From positions 3,658,001 through 3,722,000 of the forward strand of contig JBNJNM010000011.1 in NCBI GenBank assembly GCA_052426225.1: a DNA stretch of 64,000 nt, read 5' to 3'. Within the stretch, counting starts at the first letter, position 1. Each line of letters opens with the position of its first letter. This DNA comes from Zancudomyces culisetae HAW-14-8 (Eukaryota > Fungi > Kickxellomycota). The notes below the pieces were generated by a model that was not told the DNA's origin, ran no database searches, and saw only the letters and a list, made by a program, of their open reading frames with translations. A program made the translations under genes and the position numbers. This document shows positions 59,072 to 64,000 of this stretch, piece by piece.

Positions 59072-60888
59072 TTGTTAACCGCTAGTTCTAATCGACTTTT
59101 CTTTTCTGAGTATGAGTTTATTTGTTTCTTTCAACGATATTAAGGTGTTTCGGCTTTACTTCAGTTGTTAAGGAAAATTTTAATCTCAGCTAGCCCCTCT
59201 CCCTAGCAGCACATTCCATCCTATTTTTTTATTATTGAGATTTGTATCAAATTTCAATTGTGTCAGGGGAAAAATACTCTGTGATTGTTTTGCCCAACCA
59301 TCTATAGCTTGTGAAAGTCAGCAACCAAAAATACAAGATGTACTTAGAAAAAATATTAGATGTGCAGGAAATAAGGGGATGGTGGTGAAAAGGGGAGGAG
59401 AGGAGGAGAGGAGGAGAGGAGGAGAGGGAATCAAAATGAATATAACTCCGGACACGAGGCAGGAGTCATTAATTAGGGGCATGTTTAAAGCAATAAAAGA
59501 CGAAAATGGATTTTACGAAACAATTTGATAAAAATTTTGTAATATCGTTACTTTTCTTTTCTATGGTAGCGTAAAAGACTTGAACCACTTATGTAAGAAA
59601 TTATTTACAAGATATGCGTGCAGTTCTTCCCCGGAACGCTATGACCTGAGGTTGAACAGTACCCGAGACGTTGGTCATATTTGCTTGGTTGAGTGTGGGT
59701 TGGTCTAGTACATAAAGGTCAGCATTCGGTATTTAGAAAGGAGGTTAATCATTTTTTTTTCGTTTTTAGATCGTTTAAACCCATACCCTCTAAACAAACA
59801 TATAGAAAGCTCTACATGTATATTTGATGCAATGAGCTTAAAATAGATAGATTCAGTGTTGTCAGAAAGCGGCTAAGATGGAAACAGGATGTTATTGGTT
59901 TGCCTGAAGGGTTAAAAGATGCAACAAGCAAGAATTAAGCGTAGAAAAGTGAGTGGGTTTGTATAACAACACAGCAACGAAGTTCACATATACTGACATT
60001 GCGCTGATGGCTTAATTCGCAAGAGCTATTTACCAGCACCAGCTCCTTAGACAAGCCCCCTAGTTATCAACAATGTGCGATTATTATTTCGATGCTACAG
60101 CTGTTTTAGCAGGCACAAGGCTGGCTTATCATGATAAAAAGAAAATACACCCATCCACTCCTGTTTTGTTCATCATACTTATTCAAACCCCCCAATCTTC
60201 TTATTCAAGTTCCCATAAACACATCCCCCTCCCTTCCATAAAAAGCACTTTCCCATATTTTTTTTTCATCTGGCCACTTTGTTTTGAATGCTTTCTTTCT
60301 CTTTCCCCGCTCCCGAGTAATATCGTGGTCTTTCCTTGATACAAAATCTGAAACAGCCAAAAATCAAGCCAATGAATGGAGGTGAAGGTATGGTGAGTAC
60401 CCATTGATTAGCACATCTCCACCCATTTTATATATTGTAATCACACACTGATCTAGGGGAATTGAATTTTGCACTGTAAACAGCAATCGGGTCAATGCGC
60501 CGGTTAATTGGTCAATTTAAACAATGTAATTTTCAATACTGTAGATTGGGTTGTTATGAAGTAACAGACTGCGGTCTATTGGCTACGACCACGCACTTCA
60601 GCACAACCAAGTATGGATGGTGGAATGATCAAGTACGAAAGCCATTCGTTTGTGTATGCTGGCATCTACCATTTCCTGCGCGATAATAGTGACTCGCCTA
60701 TACAAATGACGCAGAAAAAAAAACGGCTAAAAAAAGCGACTGGGAACGGAGAAGGTGGCCAATTCATATTTATATGGAGGTTGCCGCACTTTTGTTGTTG
60801 TATATATTTCTATCCTGTTAATTTTTTGCTTTTCAACACGTTAAAGAAACGACAACAATTCAAATAACAATACAACAGAGCAACGAGA

Positions 60889-62583
60889 ATGCTATTCAAT
60901 TCTGATTTTCCAGACGTCGAAATCCCAACTATGGATGTGGCGACCTTTCTGTTTGAAGAAGGTAAGAGAAGAACTCAACTCCTTCCAAACCCCAACACTT
61001 ATGCTTTTTACGAAGAACCAACAGGGTACTCTGAAAGCATATACACTCTAGAGGAGAAGTGTAAAAAGCTCGCCTCGGGATTACTAAACAGGCTCGGGCT
61101 ACAACACGACCAAAAGGTTCTGATTTGTTCACGAAACTCACTAAACTATACAATTGTCATGTATGGGGCCCTGATGGCCGGTGGCGTTGTCTCTTTTGCA
61201 AATCCTGAGTACACCCCACGCGAACTTGCGCATGTTATTTCTGATTCCGACTCCCAGTATATCTTCGCTCAGACCGCCTTCTTGGGCACAATAAAAGAGG
61301 CTATCAAGATAGCAAAGGTTGATATACCAAATAAAAATATTGTCATAATCGATGAAAAATTGCGCAGCTTTAATGGACACATGACAATTCATGAACTTTA
61401 CTGCGACTTGCCATTCAAGCGATTTGAAATCACTTCGGTTGAGGAACAAGAAAACAAATTGGCGTTTATCCCCTACTCTTCTGGAACTACTGGGTTATCA
61501 AAGGGTGTTATGCTTACGCACAGAAATATTGTGTCAAACGTAATACAAAACCAAGTTCTTGGGGCTGCAAACAGATGGTACTCGGACAAAAGCGTGACTC
61601 ACAGATTTTTGGCTGTTCTTCCATTCTATCACATATATGCCACTGTTATTATTCTCGCACAAGGGTTAGCTACTGGTATAGGTGTAGTGATATGTGAAAA
61701 GTTTGATATGAAGTTGTATCTTGAATGTGTTCAGAAACACAAGATTACATTTGCACACCTTGTCCCACCGCTGCTAATCAGGTTGATTAACGACCCGTTG
61801 GTTGACCAGTATGACGTGAGTTCTATTCGATTTATGAAGTCGGCTGCCGCTCCTCTGTATAAAGACCTCATAGAGTTAATCTACAAAAAGTTCACAACTG
61901 TAGAAATCATCCAGCTTTATGGCGTTACTGAATCAAGTCCTAGTGTATGTGCCACGCCACGCAACAACAAAGACTTTGGTTCCTCAGGTTTTCTCACTGC
62001 GAATCAGGTAGTCAAAATAATTGATGACGATAACAAAGAGTTGGATTATAATCAGGTAGGGGAGGTGTGCATCAAGGGTCCAAACATTATGAAGGGATAC
62101 TGGAAAAATCCTGAGGCAACAAAGAGTGCACTTGATTCAGAGGGCTTTTTGCATACTGGTGATATTGGATTTGTTAATAAAGATGGTCAACTCAGCATTG
62201 TTGATCGAAAGAAGGAGCTGATTAAATACAAAGGATTCCAGGTTCCACCTGCAGAGCTCGAGTCCCTATTGTTGGCACATCCCAGTGTTGCTGATTGTGC
62301 AGTGATAGGTGTATATCTTGAAGAACAGGCCACAGAAATACCAAAGGCATTCATTACTCTTCGTTCTCAACATGCTGGAATTTCCGAGTCAGAAAAGCAA
62401 AAATTGGCAGGAGATATCAGAACATGGATCGATAGTAAAGTTGTCTCGTACAAAAAAATCAGAGGGGGTGTAGAGATTCTTGATGTCATTCCCAAGAGTG
62501 CTGCAGGAAAGATTTTGAGAAGATTGCTTCGTGATCGCGAAAATGAAAAGCTGAAAAACAAAAAACGGTCATCAAAACTGTAG
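60889..62583 (+). CDS. Peroxisomal 4-coumarate-CoA-ligase-like acyl-CoA synthetase, 564 aa
   Basis: AMP-binding YSSGTTGLSKG, LPFYHIY, YGVTE, GEVCIKGPNIMKGY, LHTGDIG, DRKKELIKYKG and PKSAAGKILRR motifs; C-terminal SKL (PTS1). Confidence 0.94.
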   Translation: MLFNSDFPDVEIPTMDVATFLFEEGKRRTQLLPNPNTYAFYEEPTGYSESIYTLEEKCKKLASGLLNRLGLQHDQKVLICSRNSLNYTIVMYGALMAGGVVSFANPEYTPRELAHVISDSDSQYIFAQTAFLGTIKEAIKIAKVDIPNKNIVIIDEKLRSFNGHMTIHELYCDLPFKRFEITSVEEQENKLAFIPYSSGTTGLSKGVMLTHRNIVSNVIQNQVLGAANRWYSDKSVTHRFLAVLPFYHIYATVIILAQGLATGIGVVICEKFDMKLYLECVQKHKITFAHLVPPLLIRLINDPLVDQYDVSSIRFMKSAAAPLYKDLIELIYKKFTTVEIIQLYGVTESSPSVCATPRNNKDFGSSGFLTANQVVKIIDDDNKELDYNQVGEVCIKGPNIMKGYWKNPEATKSALDSEGFLHTGDIGFVNKDGQLSIVDRKKELIKYKGFQVPPAELESLLLAHPSVADCAVIGVYLEEQATEIPKAFITLRSQHAGISESEKQKLAGDIRTWIDSKVVSYKKIRGGVEILDVIPKSAAGKILRRLLRDRENEKLKNKKRSSKL

Positions 62584-64000
62584 TTGAGTTCATATTGTTT
62601 AAAATTCTTGCATATTTGATCTTTTCTTCTTTCTTTCCAGCATTCAACATTTTGATAACTCAATAAATGTTGATTTGTTTATTACTGGATTCCTTTTTAC
62701 TTTAATACCCAATGCCATTCCAGTTGTGTTTTATTGGTATCACCTTTTTTTCTTCAAAAGCTTAATTTTAAGGTGCGCCATTTTGAGTTGCGCCGATGTG
62801 CCTTGATCCTTTTAAACAAAGCGATTAAAAAACTTGACTCTTACGTACAATCCGACTTAAGAAATCAGGAACTAGTGTTTTTTTTATATAAAGAAAGTAG
62901 GTTTTCTATATATAGTATTAAAATATCAAAACAGCACTTCTACTTTCTAGTATACCACGGATACTTATGTTTCACACCTTACTCCAACAAAAAGACAATT
63001 GCCGCATCTACTTGGCGATTCAGTCCGAAACAAAAAATATATACTAAATAACCTTTTTATTTTTTTTCAAGTAACCAGCTGTCTCATAAGTATAAGGTAT
63101 GGAGCGCTCAGAAAATACGCCACACCATGAGAAAATACTACAATTAGCTGAGGACATATGTCTTTTTTTTCTGCCTTTGGGTCAAGTCAGACAAAACTCA
63201 CCAATTTTCATATAAATGTGGGGTTCTTTTCTGAAAACTTGCATCATACAAAGTGTTGAGTGTAATAGATTATTCATCAAGCTCACTCGGAACCACAGAA
63301 AGGAAACATTATTAGCACTATACTTACTATGAGTATACATCCACTTATCCCCAAAATTTAACCTCTCCTTCTTTCTTTCCTGCTTGCCTCTTGTAAATAC
63401 ACACAATATGTACCGATGTTGTTTTTTAACTAAAGTTAGTGCTTATTTAATGAGCACACTACACGCTATTGTTTTTTTATCGAAATCAGATAAATAGGTA
63501 AAGAAGGATTTGCACGTTTGCAGCTGTTTTTCGTTACAAGGTTGTTGTTAAGACAAGCAAATAGTTTCAACTGCTTTCTAACGTTATTACATGCCCATAC
63601 CATGTACTTTTGTCTCACCCTTAGTGCGCCACTAAATAAAAACTGAGTATTATATGCAGTTGCGATTTACTAACATAGCACGACGTTTATTGACAAGGTA
63701 GTTGGATTCAATTTTGATCCCATTTTAACATTCGTATGTGATTACCAACCTTTAAAAAAGTCGCTTTAAATACAAAAAAGTTATTCACACATGTATTTAA
63801 GAGGTAAAATTCTCATCACTAAAGCGGAGGAGCAAAGTGACAAATTTCTGTTCTTTTGGTTCTACATTATATTTTTGTTGTTTAAGAACCTTTAATAAAA
63901 ACGCCTGTCCCTTCTGGAAAAAAAAATGTACTCCAGACCTACAGCAATATTTTTTGCTATGATATTTAACATATCAACCTCGATTGGGGAATGTTTATTG

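Noticed and set aside
59235-60867. Several 60-100 aa ORFs between SSADH and the 4CL-like gene
   Set aside because: No motifs or consistent splice structure; most likely divergent promoter DNA.
57188-62583. SSADH plus 4CL-like ligase as a secondary-metabolite cluster
   Set aside because: No backbone enzyme, transporter or regulator nearby, and the predicted compartments differ (mitochondrion versus peroxisome).

Overview
AT-rich eukaryotic nuclear DNA with GT-AG introns (mostly 66-289 nt), many microsatellites and about 17 protein-coding genes. The gene content points to an early-diverging fungus; Zoopagomycota/Harpellales is my inference and is not proven. Genes in order: glycerol-3-phosphate acyltransferase (+), Red1/ZFC3H1-like zinc-finger protein (-), malonyl-CoA:ACP transacylase (+), a CMTR1-like cap methyltransferase homologue with a degenerate active site (-), a small secreted Cys-rich protein (+), an FCP1/NIF-like HAD protein (-), a TBC RabGAP (-), an unknown gene split by a one-base frameshift (-), WBP1 (-), EMC1 (-), a two-RRM hnRNP with a 1.2 kb intron (+), a Clr4/SUV39-type SET protein (-), an ATG16L1-type protein with WD40 repeats (+), a LIM-C1-RhoGAP (+), a PTC7-type PP2C (-), SSADH (-) and a peroxisomal 4CL-like ligase (+). 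I saw no tRNA, rRNA, CRISPR array or intact transposon. The best leads are: (1) the apparent CMTR1 pseudo-enzyme; (2) a candidate poison exon with a UAG cluster in the long hnRNP intron, suggesting autoregulation; (3) a recurrent, strand-oriented AATCCGAG upstream motif; (4) the frameshifted gene; (5) a box C/D or SECIS-like structured element; and (6) a decayed gag/protease relic. All homology calls come from motifs read by eye, not from database searches.
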